64,000 bases of DNA from a virus (IMGVR_UViG_3300035123_000008:5583-69582), one strand, 5' to 3'. Shown: positions 55,032 through 63,262, counted from the stretch's first letter. Program-made: numbers and translations. Notes: generated by a model not told the origin, from the sequence alone.

Positions 55032-55629
55032 GCGTCTCCTTGGTGCGAAATTCGGGCTCTATAAACTCTAAGCCTAAGTGGCTGAAAAATAATTCCTCTG
55101 TAGATATGGCTACGATTTGCTTGCATCGGCTACCAGCCCCACATCCTCCCTCTGGTTTCGGATGTTTATGTAAGAGATAACCATCGGCAAGGTGATAGCC
55201 TAATGACTGAGTATACATAGCAATCCCTTTGCTAAACTCGGCTGGTCCTGTACGTATTGTAAGCGCGCCTCCCCAAGATCCAACTTTGGCATAGAAAATG
55301 TCACAACTGATATCAAGCTTCTTATGGCGTAGTTTTTTATAGCGAGGTCCCCAACGCTTGATTTTGTCATCTTTCTTCCACTGCCATTTCCTAGTACCTA
55401 GCAGGGCATTTAATAATTCCTCTAATACATCCGTCTCTTTGGTTTCTATAACTTCACCGAAGAGATTTTTTTCATCATAGGTATTTATGGTGGGAATGAC
55501 AACAATCTCAATATCTTTTACTCGAGGTTTTTTCCTACGAATACTTCCAGCGATCGTAATTTTCTCACACCCTGCTTTTATGTCTTGCAATAGCTCTTTT
55601 GCTAGGGTGCAAGCAGTTAATAAGTCCAT
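54979..55629 (-). CDS. Minimal X-family DNA polymerase (palm + thumb only)
   Basis: IAGSIRR...KDIEIVV...CDIF...LTIRTGPAEF. Confidence 0.85.
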   Translation of the reverse strand: MDLLTACTLAKELLQDIKAGCEKITIAGSIRRKKPRVKDIEIVVIPTINTYDEKNLFGEVIETKETDVLEELLNALLGTRKWQWKKDDKIKRWGPRYKKLRHKKLDISCDIFYAKVGSWGGALTIRTGPAEFSKGIAMYTQSLGYHLADGYLLHKHPKPEGGCGAGSRCKQIVAISTEELFFSHLGLEFIEPEFRTKETLDEAIRKGKPYFGKADS

Positions 55630-55642
55630 GGTTCCCCCAATT

Positions 55643-55924
55643 TTAGAAACAGGTATGTAGACAAGGGTTTTCTATGCTACGTTTCACCACATCGATGTCC
55701 ATCGACCACAAATCGAAAGCTGTCCCGTTATTTAAGCTATCCAAAGCCGATATTCCACTAATTGTGGGATTAGTAAGAAGAGGCGAAATGGATATGTTGT
55801 TAACAGGACAGCTTTCATAAGGTGGGTCGGGCGTGATACCGAAGGGATGTCTAAACGGATAAAACCTTTCCCGAGTTCCTCTGACGGCAGAATCCCCATC
55901 TGAAATTTCCGTTTCCTCACGCAC
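55643..55924 (-). CDS. Hypothetical protein
   Basis: GGAGG SD before GTG; fills the gap between genes. Confidence 0.4.
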   Translation of the reverse strand: MREETEISDGDSAVRGTRERFYPFRHPFGITPDPPYESCPVNNISISPLLTNPTISGISALDSLNNGTAFDLWSMDIDVVKRSIENPCLHTCF

Positions 55925-55944
55925 TTGCGCCTCCCACCTTTTAC

Positions 55945-56328
55945 TTAATCCGGTGGTCCTTCCCAGTTAGTTCGTTGTGTTCCAAGCACTCTACCTACCT
56001 CATCTCGCACAACTTCCAGCTTGGGATATTGAACTTGATGAATATGCAAGGTAAAGTCTCCGGGATCCGGGTCAATAGGGATCATGACCGCCATTTCTAA
56101 GCTTCTTGCAACCAATAAATTCCTTATCTCGATAATTTCTTTCGTAGTTGGCCATCGTTTATTACAGCTTATGGCAAGATAAGTCCCTTTGGTTTTACTA
56201 AGCCCACGTAGAACTCTACAATCACCATATTCATAGGCTCTTAGATCAGGGAACTCTTTTGCAAGTGGATCATCTGCTGACACAAGCTCTACTTCATAAA
56301 GCTGGATAGGTTTTCTTCGTCTTGCCAT
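55945..56328 (-). CDS. Hypothetical protein
   Basis: GAGGAGGAG SD; LAISCNKRWPT...LHIHQ. Confidence 0.65.
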   Translation of the reverse strand: MARRRKPIQLYEVELVSADDPLAKEFPDLRAYEYGDCRVLRGLSKTKGTYLAISCNKRWPTTKEIIEIRNLLVARSLEMAVMIPIDPDPGDFTLHIHQVQYPKLEVVRDEVGRVLGTQRTNWEGPPD

Positions 56329-57176
56329 AGCTCCTCCTCGGCATCTTTGTCGCATAAAGGTGGCGATATGTCAAACCACTCTTTACTGCAATCATCGGGT
56401 TCGAAAGGTTCCCATTCTAAAACATTTACGATCCACCATCCTCCGATAGAGACAGGGTTTCCTTCTCGCGGTCCCCCAAAGCTAACTTCGATATAGCCAG
56501 CACGAACGAAACCCCATCGCTGTGTTGTTGCGTATCCCACTTCAACCGCAAGGTTGAGGACTGCATGGTGATAATATACGTGTTCTCTCGCTCCACAATC
56601 GACAACGAGGTAAGGTCCGGTCCAATTTTTTCCAGTAGGTCTAAGCCAAACGCTTGCTCCAACACTAGCGCAAGAGACAAGAGCGACACCGCCTTTGAAC
56701 CCGTTACATGGTCCATTGATCTCACACATCCTTTCCATTACACCTTCGGGATAACTGCTCATGATTCCAGAGAAATGGTTGGGAGGATTGTAAAACTGTG
56801 ATGCTCTGGTAATCATACCGGGAACGCAGAAATCGTTTCCCCACCCTCCTTGATCTGGGAAGTAGTAGCCGTTGAGAACCTGTTTATCATCACACTCGAT
56901 TTCGTGACCAACTGGTTTTATGTCTAATGCCCATTGGTCAACTCTCGGAGTTGGAGTATTAGTTGGTAAAACTGTAGCCCGAGGCGTCGAAGTAGGAGTC
57001 GCGCTCGGAATGGGTGTTCTCATAGGTTCGGGTGTTCGAGTAGGGTTAGTAGTAAGCTGAGAAGTTGGATCTGGCGTTTGCAAAACGACTTCTTGAGTTG
57101 GTGCATCTGTTGCTCCTATTCCTACAATCAAAACGACAACGATCAGTGATATTAGCGGGTCTGCAATTTTCTTCAA
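56289..57176 (-). CDS. Exported Pro/Thr-linker protein with C-terminal double-psi beta-barrel (RlpA/expansin-like) domain
   Basis: Signal/TM; PT-rich linker; VALVSCASVGASVWL...GPYLVVDCG...AVEV. Confidence 0.6.
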   Translation of the reverse strand: MKKIADPLISLIVVVLIVGIGATDAPTQEVVLQTPDPTSQLTTNPTRTPEPMRTPIPSATPTSTPRATVLPTNTPTPRVDQWALDIKPVGHEIECDDKQVLNGYYFPDQGGWGNDFCVPGMITRASQFYNPPNHFSGIMSSYPEGVMERMCEINGPCNGFKGGVALVSCASVGASVWLRPTGKNWTGPYLVVDCGAREHVYYHHAVLNLAVEVGYATTQRWGFVRAGYIEVSFGGPREGNPVSIGGWWIVNVLEWEPFEPDDCSKEWFDISPPLCDKDAEEELWQDEENLSSFMK

Positions 57177-57186
57177 AAGAAACCTC

Positions 57187-57417
57187 CTATGGTGGGTACG
57201 GTAGATCAGGGGGAACCGTCGTTGCGCGCTCCCATCTTTCGTGATTTACCTTTTCGTAAACATATGACTTATCTATCATCTTTGGCTTAACAGGTTCTTT
57301 ACATTTTCCACAAACCATCTCGTCATCATCCATTGGATTGATGATCCAAATAACCTCGTCCGACAGCACTTCTCCGTGTCTCCTGCAAATATAAACCTGC
57401 AAGCATCCGTCAACCAT
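57187..57417 (-). CDS. Small zinc-ribbon protein
   Basis: CRRH...CGKC; AAGGAGG SD. Confidence 0.6.
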   Translation of the reverse strand: MVDGCLQVYICRRHGEVLSDEVIWIINPMDDDEMVCGKCKEPVKPKMIDKSYVYEKVNHERWERATTVPPDLPYPP

Positions 57418-57427
57418 AACCCCCTCC

Positions 57428-58393
57428 TTAAAATGCAACATTCAGTTCCGTGAGTACGTGGTAGATGTTGTTGCAAATTGTGACTTGGTCGGAACCAGCA
57501 AATAGTAAACCAAGGGCAACGGGTTCATCGCGCTTTACTATTAGCGAACCAGAATCGCCACCCTTTGATATTGGTCCCGTAACGAATTGATCCTCGAAAG
57601 TTGCAACTTTGCCTCCTCCATATTGAACCTTGACGGTTGCACCTTGCACGATAATTTCCCCCTCAGTGTATTCGGTTGTGCGTCCAGACTTGCGCACCTT
57701 GTCACCAACATTTGCGCGCTCCCATTGGTTAACGGTTCCAGTAATATCTAAGATGGTGTTGGTTACAATCGTATTGTTCAAAGGGATTGCGATAGCTGCG
57801 TCCACCTTGTTCGCAGCTTGTGAAGTTTTGTGAGACTTCAAGCGATGGGTAGACCCGATCAGCTTCGCAAGCGAGGAGAGCAATCGAGCAAAGGAATCTG
57901 CAACAGGACAGGTTGAACCATCCTCAGAGAATACGATCTTTACGAACCTGTATAGGTTCCCAATTTTGTCTCTGTAAGGTTCGCCTCCATCAGCAGGTCC
58001 GGGCTGTAGAATTGGATCTCCATATATTGCATCGTTGCTATTAGCAAGCACATGATTATTCGAAAGTATCATGGTCTTACCATGCACATCGTAAACTAAG
58101 CAACCAAGCGTCCCAGCCGTAATCTTTTCATGTCCGATCGATACGCCTCCGGGGGCAGGTCGAACCTTGCTGGTGTGCGATTGTGGAGTTATTGCCAATG
58201 GAGCGAGGGGTCTGGGTGCAACCAAGGTCCCGACCTCGATCACATCTGTAAAAACACCACGAAAACTTTTGGGTATGAGCTCACTTTCTGCGAGCGCAGC
58301 TTTGGGCAGCTTGCGCTCAACCATAACGACAAGGTCCTCCTTGCCAATACCAGCCCCCACTACGTTTGGATAATCGAACAGTTCTTCATACAT
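57428..58393 (-). CDS. Trypsin-like (S1) serine protease with N-terminal pro-region
   Basis: SNNHV (His), VDAAIA (Asp), GGDSGS (Ser). Confidence 0.9.
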   Translation of the reverse strand: MYEELFDYPNVVGAGIGKEDLVVMVERKLPKAALAESELIPKSFRGVFTDVIEVGTLVAPRPLAPLAITPQSHTSKVRPAPGGVSIGHEKITAGTLGCLVYDVHGKTMILSNNHVLANSNDAIYGDPILQPGPADGGEPYRDKIGNLYRFVKIVFSEDGSTCPVADSFARLLSSLAKLIGSTHRLKSHKTSQAANKVDAAIAIPLNNTIVTNTILDITGTVNQWERANVGDKVRKSGRTTEYTEGEIIVQGATVKVQYGGGKVATFEDQFVTGPISKGGDSGSLIVKRDEPVALGLLFAGSDQVTICNNIYHVLTELNVAF

Positions 58394-58533
58394 TATCTTC
58401 TCCTTTTGAACAGTACAACGATTCCGGCTATTATGGAAACGACCAGTATGAGCAACAGCACAACTCCCGGCCAGAACACATACTCGTCAATGTCGTATGG
58501 ATAAAGTGGGTCATGGTCAGTCGGAAAGGTCAT
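58393..58533 (-). CDS. 46-aa single-TM protein (not in the ORF track)
   Basis: MTFPTDHDPLY...GVVLLLILVVSIIAGIVVLFKRRR; ATGA and TAATG couplings at its ends. Confidence 0.65.
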   Translation of the reverse strand: MTFPTDHDPLYPYDIDEYVFWPGVVLLLILVVSIIAGIVVLFKRRR

Positions 58534-58763
58534 ATTTCCTCCGTTCTTACAAAGTATTGAACACGGTCCTCTGAGATATTGAGTATTGAGAAGCTAACCC
58601 ACTTCGTAATCAGGTTGCAATTCTGGCACTTAAACCGGATCACACCCACGAAGTCGATCTCGATACCTTCCACTGGTTTCATAACAAACTCAACTCCACA
58701 ACTTTCGCAGTGAAAAGCGAGGTACGTCTTTTCGGTTTCTCCAATAGGTTCAATCGCTGTCAT
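58530..58763 (-). CDS. Zinc-ribbon protein
   Basis: CESC...CQNC. Confidence 0.65.
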   Translation of the reverse strand: MTAIEPIGETEKTYLAFHCESCGVEFVMKPVEGIEIDFVGVIRFKCQNCNLITKWVSFSILNISEDRVQYFVRTEEI

Positions 58764-59820
58764 CTAGCCTCCATTCCTCCTCGCACCATGCAGCGACCCA
58801 AGAGTTGTCATCGTTCATAGCGCAATCAAACCAGCCTCTTAGATCGACGGTTGGGAGTAAAACCGATGCCCCGTAAACGGGTGACTTATGGTACTCCACA
58901 ACGTCAAGCCCCATGTGATACCACTGAAATCTATAGCCTTTCGTTTTGATTTCATATGCTGCTCGAATGTAGTCATCGATGCTGTAAAGATCAATGTCGC
59001 TTATTACATAGTCGGAAGCCAAACGCCAAAGGTCTAGAAGCACTTCGGGTCGCTCGATAACTTCATCTGCAAACCCATCACCCAATGCTCTCAGAACTTC
59101 GATAGCTCGGCGCCCACGGTCAATGTCTCCATCGGGTCTACCAGTTCGGTCTCGTATGTAACAGAGAGCTTCGCTTCCGTCCATGTTGTAGACCTCGAAA
59201 GCGTTCCAAGTCTTTTCCTCATACGTGCTGCCCTTTACTTTGTAACGACCACACGTACCCGAATAGTCCTCCAGCACATTTACTTCAATGCCCCCGATCT
59301 TGTCTACCAGCGCAATAAACCAAGCGAAGGTCGTATAGAAAATAGGTCCATCAATATCCTCGCCAAAGTTCCATGAGAAGGTTCCACGAACACAGTTAAA
59401 CCCGCCCCAAGCATAAGCAGAGTTGATGCGCGATTTCTCCTCCTCCCTGCTATCGGGTGCGCAAGGCACTTCGAGGTAAAGATCACGTGGGATGCTGAAC
59501 ACTTTTATTAAAACGGGTGTGTCGTGGTAAGCCACGATCTTGATATAGATCATAGTGTCGGTATGCTCTGCGACTTGCCCCTCTTCAAAGCGAACCATCT
59601 CATAGTCGCCACCAAGCACCATCATCGAGTATTCAAAAATTGGAGCATTGGCTGTAGCTGTGGGAGGTATAGACGTTATGGTTGGTTCAGGTGTTGGAGG
59701 AAGTGGTTGGAACGGTGTTGATGTTTGTATTGTACCTGTGGGATAGATCAATGTCGGCAAGGGTTTAGATTTACAACCTGCAAGCAATAGTGCCAAAATT
59801 AATAACAATTGTATTCTCAT
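58750..59820 (-). CDS. LCP (LytR-CpsA-Psr) family lipoprotein
   Basis: Lipobox LAGC; HTDTMI, SIPRDL, RINSAY, LVDKIGGIEV, MDGSEALCYIRDR, DIDRGRR. Confidence 0.9.
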   Translation of the reverse strand: MRIQLLLILALLLAGCKSKPLPTLIYPTGTIQTSTPFQPLPPTPEPTITSIPPTATANAPIFEYSMMVLGGDYEMVRFEEGQVAEHTDTMIYIKIVAYHDTPVLIKVFSIPRDLYLEVPCAPDSREEEKSRINSAYAWGGFNCVRGTFSWNFGEDIDGPIFYTTFAWFIALVDKIGGIEVNVLEDYSGTCGRYKVKGSTYEEKTWNAFEVYNMDGSEALCYIRDRTGRPDGDIDRGRRAIEVLRALGDGFADEVIERPEVLLDLWRLASDYVISDIDLYSIDDYIRAAYEIKTKGYRFQWYHMGLDVVEYHKSPVYGASVLLPTVDLRGWFDCAMNDDNSWVAAWCEEEWRLDDSD

Positions 59821-59854
59821 TTTATTCTCCTTGGTTTTAATAACGAACCTTATC

Positions 59855-60067
59855 TTAACCATCAGCTTCTGTAAATTCATAGTCTTCGTTCAACTTAAAT
59901 TCTGGATTATTCATTAAGTCCTGCAAGCAATCAGGACATAAATAGCTCGCGTCTGGAAAATCTCCACAATCGAATCCTCCACAGAATTTACAACCAAAAA
60001 AGACAATGAGCTTTATTGGCTTTTTCGTTTCGTGTTTACTAATACTCCAGCCAGCACATTGATTCAT
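59855..60067 (-). CDS. Small Cys-rich protein
   Basis: CKFC...C...CPDC; GAGGTG SD. Confidence 0.6.
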   Translation of the reverse strand: MNQCAGWSISKHETKKPIKLIVFFGCKFCGGFDCGDFPDASYLCPDCLQDLMNNPEFKLNEDYEFTEADG

Positions 60068-60093
60068 CTCTCACCTCATGGTTATGATAAGCA

Positions 60094-60288
60094 TCAATCA
60101 AAATATTTGTGCCATCTATCAAATGTATCCACGCTTACAGGTATTGCAGAAATAACCCTCATCCGTTGTTGATTGTTTCTTCTATTATGCAACCACACCC
60201 ACGGAGGTTGATTGATAAATTTATTTTCTTTCATGGGCTTCTTTTCTTCGGTTTGCCATTCATAGCAAATAAACCAATAATCGCTCAT
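60094..60288 (-). CDS. Small hypothetical protein
   Basis: GGGAGG SD; stop codon lies in repeat A. Confidence 0.65.
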   Translation of the reverse strand: MSDYWFICYEWQTEEKKPMKENKFINQPPWVWLHNRRNNQQRMRVISAIPVSVDTFDRWHKYFD

Positions 60289-60315
60289 GCTTCCCTCCCT
60301 TGGTTATGATAAGGA

Positions 60316-60822
60316 TCAATCCTCTATAGGGCAGATGCCCAATGTAGCCACTGGATTTTGAGAATCGTCTATTGTGTAACATTTGACATTCATGCCTGCT
60401 AGTGGCTCTTTTCTGCCTGCTATTCTCCTTATTGTGGAAATTAGCAAATCCATTTCCCGGCCCTTGTTTCTTTCCTCTTGATGAATTGCTTCAACCTTTA
60501 TCTCTACTCTGTTCTTGTAAGCAACCAGCAACCCCCATCCCTCATATAAATTCTCTTTTGCAAAGTCTAGCATTTTGGGAGGTACAAGGAAGTATCGCTT
60601 TGCCCCCATCCCCAATCGAGACATGCGCCTAACGCTTTTGAAATGATCATTTCTAAAATCACTCCTTGATGTTTTACATTCTACAAGCGCAGAGAAACTA
60701 CCTGACCACCCGATAGCATCTGGTATTTCAAATCCCGATCCCATCTCAGTAATGACCACTGAACATCTTTTGGTGTTGGCAAGCCACACGCTTGCCCTCT
60801 CTACTAATTCACTATGATTCAT
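60316..60822 (-). CDS. PD-(D/E)XK nuclease-like protein (MmcB-like)
   Basis: IPDAIGW...VECKTSRSDFRND...RYFLVP. Confidence 0.7.
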   Translation of the reverse strand: MNHSELVERASVWLANTKRCSVVITEMGSGFEIPDAIGWSGSFSALVECKTSRSDFRNDHFKSVRRMSRLGMGAKRYFLVPPKMLDFAKENLYEGWGLLVAYKNRVEIKVEAIHQEERNKGREMDLLISTIRRIAGRKEPLAGMNVKCYTIDDSQNPVATLGICPIED

Positions 60823-60846
60823 TCAGCACCTTGGTTATGATAAGCA

Positions 60847-61050
60847 TCATCTACCTACGTGTTCAATCTTGTATCTCCACGCAAGATCAACGCCAGATTT
60901 TGTGAGTATGTTATTACCACTCTCTTCTTTCTCTGCTAGTCCGTGTTCAATCAATAAATCCCTTCCGGCTTTACTTACAAGATCACCATCCCAAACTACA
61001 CCATGCTCTGCTAGTTGTAAAAAAACTTCTATCGCTTGTTTCAATTCCAT
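60847..61050 (-). CDS. Small hypothetical protein
   Basis: GAGG SD; stop codon lies in repeat A. Confidence 0.65.
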   Translation of the reverse strand: MELKQAIEVFLQLAEHGVVWDGDLVSKAGRDLLIEHGLAEKEESGNNILTKSGVDLAWRYKIEHVGR

Positions 61051-61082
61051 CTTCCCTCACTTATGTCTGCTTACGATAAGCA

Positions 61083-61208
61083 TCAATATGGCAACCTTGC
61101 CAGAATCTCATTTAGTAAATCGATAATGTCTAATAGCTTCCAAACAATCCATATAAATTGTCCAATGAAAAAACCATAAATGACATACTTAACTAATTCT
61201 TCATTCAT
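61083..61208 (-). CDS. 41-aa single-TM protein (not in the ORF track)
   Basis: MNEELVKYVIYGFFIGQFIWIVWKLL...; GAGG SD; stop codon lies in repeat A. Confidence 0.55.
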   Translation of the reverse strand: MNEELVKYVIYGFFIGQFIWIVWKLLDIIDLLNEILARLPY

Positions 61209-61440
61209 CCTCTTCCTCCTCTCGCAGGAGTTCAATTATTTGATTGATACGATTAGCATTCTGTTGTACTGCCCAATTTAACCCGCCGATAGACTCTTCC
61301 AGTTCATCAGGGATTGCCAATAACCTATAAATGAACCGTCTAATAATCCAGATCAATCGCATTCTTATCTCCTGTAAGAGCTTTGCAAAGTGCTTCGATG
61401 AGACTGTGCCAAAATAACTTTTGAGTCCTGTCGCCATCAA
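61201..61440 (-). CDS. Small coiled-coil protein (start uncertain)
   Basis: ORF track; acidic C-terminus. Confidence 0.5.
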   Translation of the reverse strand: MMATGLKSYFGTVSSKHFAKLLQEIRMRLIWIIRRFIYRLLAIPDELEESIGGLNWAVQQNANRINQIIELLREEEEDE

Positions 61441-61585
61441 AGTTCACTATGTATTGATAAGCGTCATTCAAAGATGCTTGCCAATCTCGCGCTTGCTGGA
61501 GTTCTTTCACTAATGCGTCAAACTCATCAGCCAACCCTGCCATTTCACAGGCATCACTCATTAATCTCAGGTCCGATTTCATCAC
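61340..61585 (-). CDS. Small hypothetical protein
   Basis: Start follows repeat B. Confidence 0.55.
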   Translation of the reverse strand: MMKSDLRLMSDACEMAGLADEFDALVKELQQARDWQASLNDAYQYIVNFDGDRTQKLFWHSLIEALCKALTGDKNAIDLDY

Positions 61586-61589
61586 TCAC

Positions 61590-61892
61590 CTATTTCCTTT
61601 CGGGGGCTTCGTCCATGCCATGTTCCATCAATACCTTGCTTACATCACGTAAGATAACAGCATCATCACAACTATAAGTTGATGCTCTTTCCCTGAAAAT
61701 CTTACGCAAGTCAAATAGCAACTGCACCAACGCATCACGCTCGGCTATGAGTGCCTCATGTTCAGTCCACAATGCCTTATAGTGTGCTGTCAAATCATAA
61801 AGACCTATGGCAAGTTCGTCCATGTCGCCTTCGCCAGTTTCCCACAGTTTATAGATGTTCTCAGACTTTCCAACTCTAGGTGGATAGTCCAT
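61590..61892 (-). CDS. Small coiled-coil protein (ERDALV motif)
   Basis: Start moved to ATG 61892 after repeat B (AAAGGAG). Confidence 0.65.
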   Translation of the reverse strand: MDYPPRVGKSENIYKLWETGEGDMDELAIGLYDLTAHYKALWTEHEALIAERDALVQLLFDLRKIFRERASTYSCDDAVILRDVSKVLMEHGMDEAPERK

Positions 61893-61951
61893 CCTCAATC
61901 TCCTTTCGGGTGGCTTCAATCGCCTCTTGTCATGGTTATGATAAGCATCAA

Positions 61952-62107
61952 TCAATCTTTTATTAGCGAATAGGCAATCGGCAATTTTATAATTGGTAGG
62001 GCAATCCAATAAATATCTCTTGTGAAAACATAGGCAATCACGTCAAGAAAGGAACCAAAGACCAGCGCCTTTGCCCAAAAGCTCGGTGGTTCACCTAGAA
62101 ATGCCAT
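61952..62107 (-). CDS. 51-aa hydrophobic protein (not in the ORF track)
   Basis: MAFLGEPPSFWAKALVFGSFL...; begins after repeat B and ends at repeat A. Confidence 0.55.
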   Translation of the reverse strand: MAFLGEPPSFWAKALVFGSFLDVIAYVFTRDIYWIALPIIKLPIAYSLIKD

Positions 62108-62369
62108 CCTCTATTTCCTTTCGGGCGGCTTTCAGCAAGATTGCCCTGAGATTATTCCAGTCTTTCTCCCACAGCATATAACTATTGCCTTCGGGATTGC
62201 GTCTGCCTTTTTCATCCATGATTGCGATAGCGTCAACCAACGCATCACGCTCATCCCTCAATTCTCCAATGGTTTCTACGGCCTTGTTCAAGACTTCTGC
62301 GCCATACTCATCACCCTGTAATAATTGGTTAGTCTCAAAATGTTCAAGCCGTTGAATAATGTCCATCAC
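62091..62369 (-). CDS. Small coiled-coil protein (ERDALV, AARKEIE)
   Basis: Carries repeats C and B. Confidence 0.65.
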   Translation of the reverse strand: MMDIIQRLEHFETNQLLQGDEYGAEVLNKAVETIGELRDERDALVDAIAIMDEKGRRNPEGNSYMLWEKDWNNLRAILLKAARKEIEDGISR

Positions 62370-62696
62370 TCACTCTCCTGCTTCTATTTCCTTTCGGGCG
62401 GCTTCAGAGATTTCCAACCATGCCTTTTTCATCTCTTCTTCGGCTTCTTCGAACTCTATCCTGTCAGGTGAAACTCCAAACCAATGTACCGCCACTTGGT
62501 GTGCCTTGATGTATTCCACCAACGCATCACGGTCGGCCTGTAGCTTCCAGAACTCTTTCAGTATTGCTTTCTCAGCCCTTGTGCCTATATAGTCCCCTGT
62601 TTCTGTAAGTATGCCAGCTAAAACATTGTAGAAATAATCATTTTCTACTTGTGACTCATCCATCGGTAATCTTGTCCCATCATGTAGACAATCCAT
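62370..62696 (-). CDS. Small coiled-coil protein (DRDALV, AARKEIE)
   Basis: Carries repeats C and B. Confidence 0.65.
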   Translation of the reverse strand: MDCLHDGTRLPMDESQVENDYFYNVLAGILTETGDYIGTRAEKAILKEFWKLQADRDALVEYIKAHQVAVHWFGVSPDRIEFEEAEEEMKKAWLEISEAARKEIEAGE

Positions 62697-62898
62697 CTTT
62701 TATTTCCTTTCGGGTGGCTTGTAATTCTTCAACTAATTTGGCAAGTGCATCTATGATTTCTAGGTACTCGTGCGCCTTGGCTTCTTGTGTTTCAATAGAG
62801 CTTTCTAAATTTTTAGCTTCTGTAGCCCAAGATTTTGGGATACCTTTATGCGTTGACAGTTTTTCGCTCAGTTTTTTCTTCATAGAATCCGCTATCAT
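62680..62898 (-). CDS. Small coiled-coil protein (ATRKEIK)
   Basis: Carries repeat B. Confidence 0.55.
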   Translation of the reverse strand: MIADSMKKKLSEKLSTHKGIPKSWATEAKNLESSIETQEAKAHEYLEIIDALAKLVEELQATRKEIKDGLST

Positions 62899-63034
62899 TA
62901 GCCCATTTCTTTAATTGTTCCCAAGTAAATACATCTTCTGGCTCATATTGTGCTTGGATTTCATCAAAGAGATAATCAACGTCCAATTCTGCCGTATCTA
63001 AACATCTGTAATCTATCGTTAATGTTTTACCCAT
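62846..63034 (-). CDS. Small hypothetical protein
   Basis: Start directly after repeat B (AAAGGAG). Confidence 0.65.
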   Translation of the reverse strand: MGKTLTIDYRCLDTAELDVDYLFDEIQAQYEPEDVFTWEQLKKWANDSGFYEEKTERKTVNA

Positions 63035-63061
63035 CTTCTATCTCCTTTCGGGTGGCTTTAA

Positions 63062-63262
63062 TCAATCTAGCCATCTATCATAGGCTTTCATCAATTCTTC
63101 AACGGCTTCCATGATCGTGTTCTCTGATTCTTCATTTGCCCAAAATGTGTAAAGGTGTCCGAGCTTTTCTTCGACAGCGTACCATCTCGCAGCTTCCTTT
63201 TCCTGAGCTTGTTTCCTTTTCTTTTCCTGTTCAGCTTTCCATGGGTTAGCTTGTGGTAACAT
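63062..63262 (-). CDS. Small hypothetical protein
   Basis: AAGGAGG SD. Confidence 0.65.
   Translation of the reverse strand: MLPQANPWKAEQEKKRKQAQEKEAARWYAVEEKLGHLYTFWANEESENTIMEAVEELMKAYDRWLD

Larger units (their letters stand above)
60079..61953 (-). repeat. Repeat A, consensus GATTGATGCTTATCATAACCA, 5 copies (60079, 60301, 60832, 61071, 61933)
   Basis: Read directly; overlaps or abuts the upstream gene's TGA; TGAT-N4-ATCA dyad. Confidence 0.9.
61726..62534 (-). repeat. Repeat C, GAGCGTGATGCGTTGGT, 3 copies (61726, 62236, 62518)
   Basis: 17-nt intragenic repeat with one mismatch in the third copy, encoding (E/D)RDALV. Confidence 0.85.
61590..63059 (-). repeat. Repeat B, consensus AAGCCRCCCGAAAGGARATAG, 6 copies (61590, 61896, 62111, 62384, 62700, 63038)
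   Basis: Read directly; each copy lies just upstream of a start codon. Confidence 0.9.

Noticed and set aside
61893-62009. N-terminal 39 aa of the 61590-62009 track ORF
   Set aside because: It spans repeats A and B and overlaps a better-supported 51-aa ORF; the real start is ATG 61892
60079-63059. Short repeats as a CRISPR array
   Set aside because: Spacing is irregular (tens to hundreds of nt), the intervals are protein-coding, and no cas genes are present
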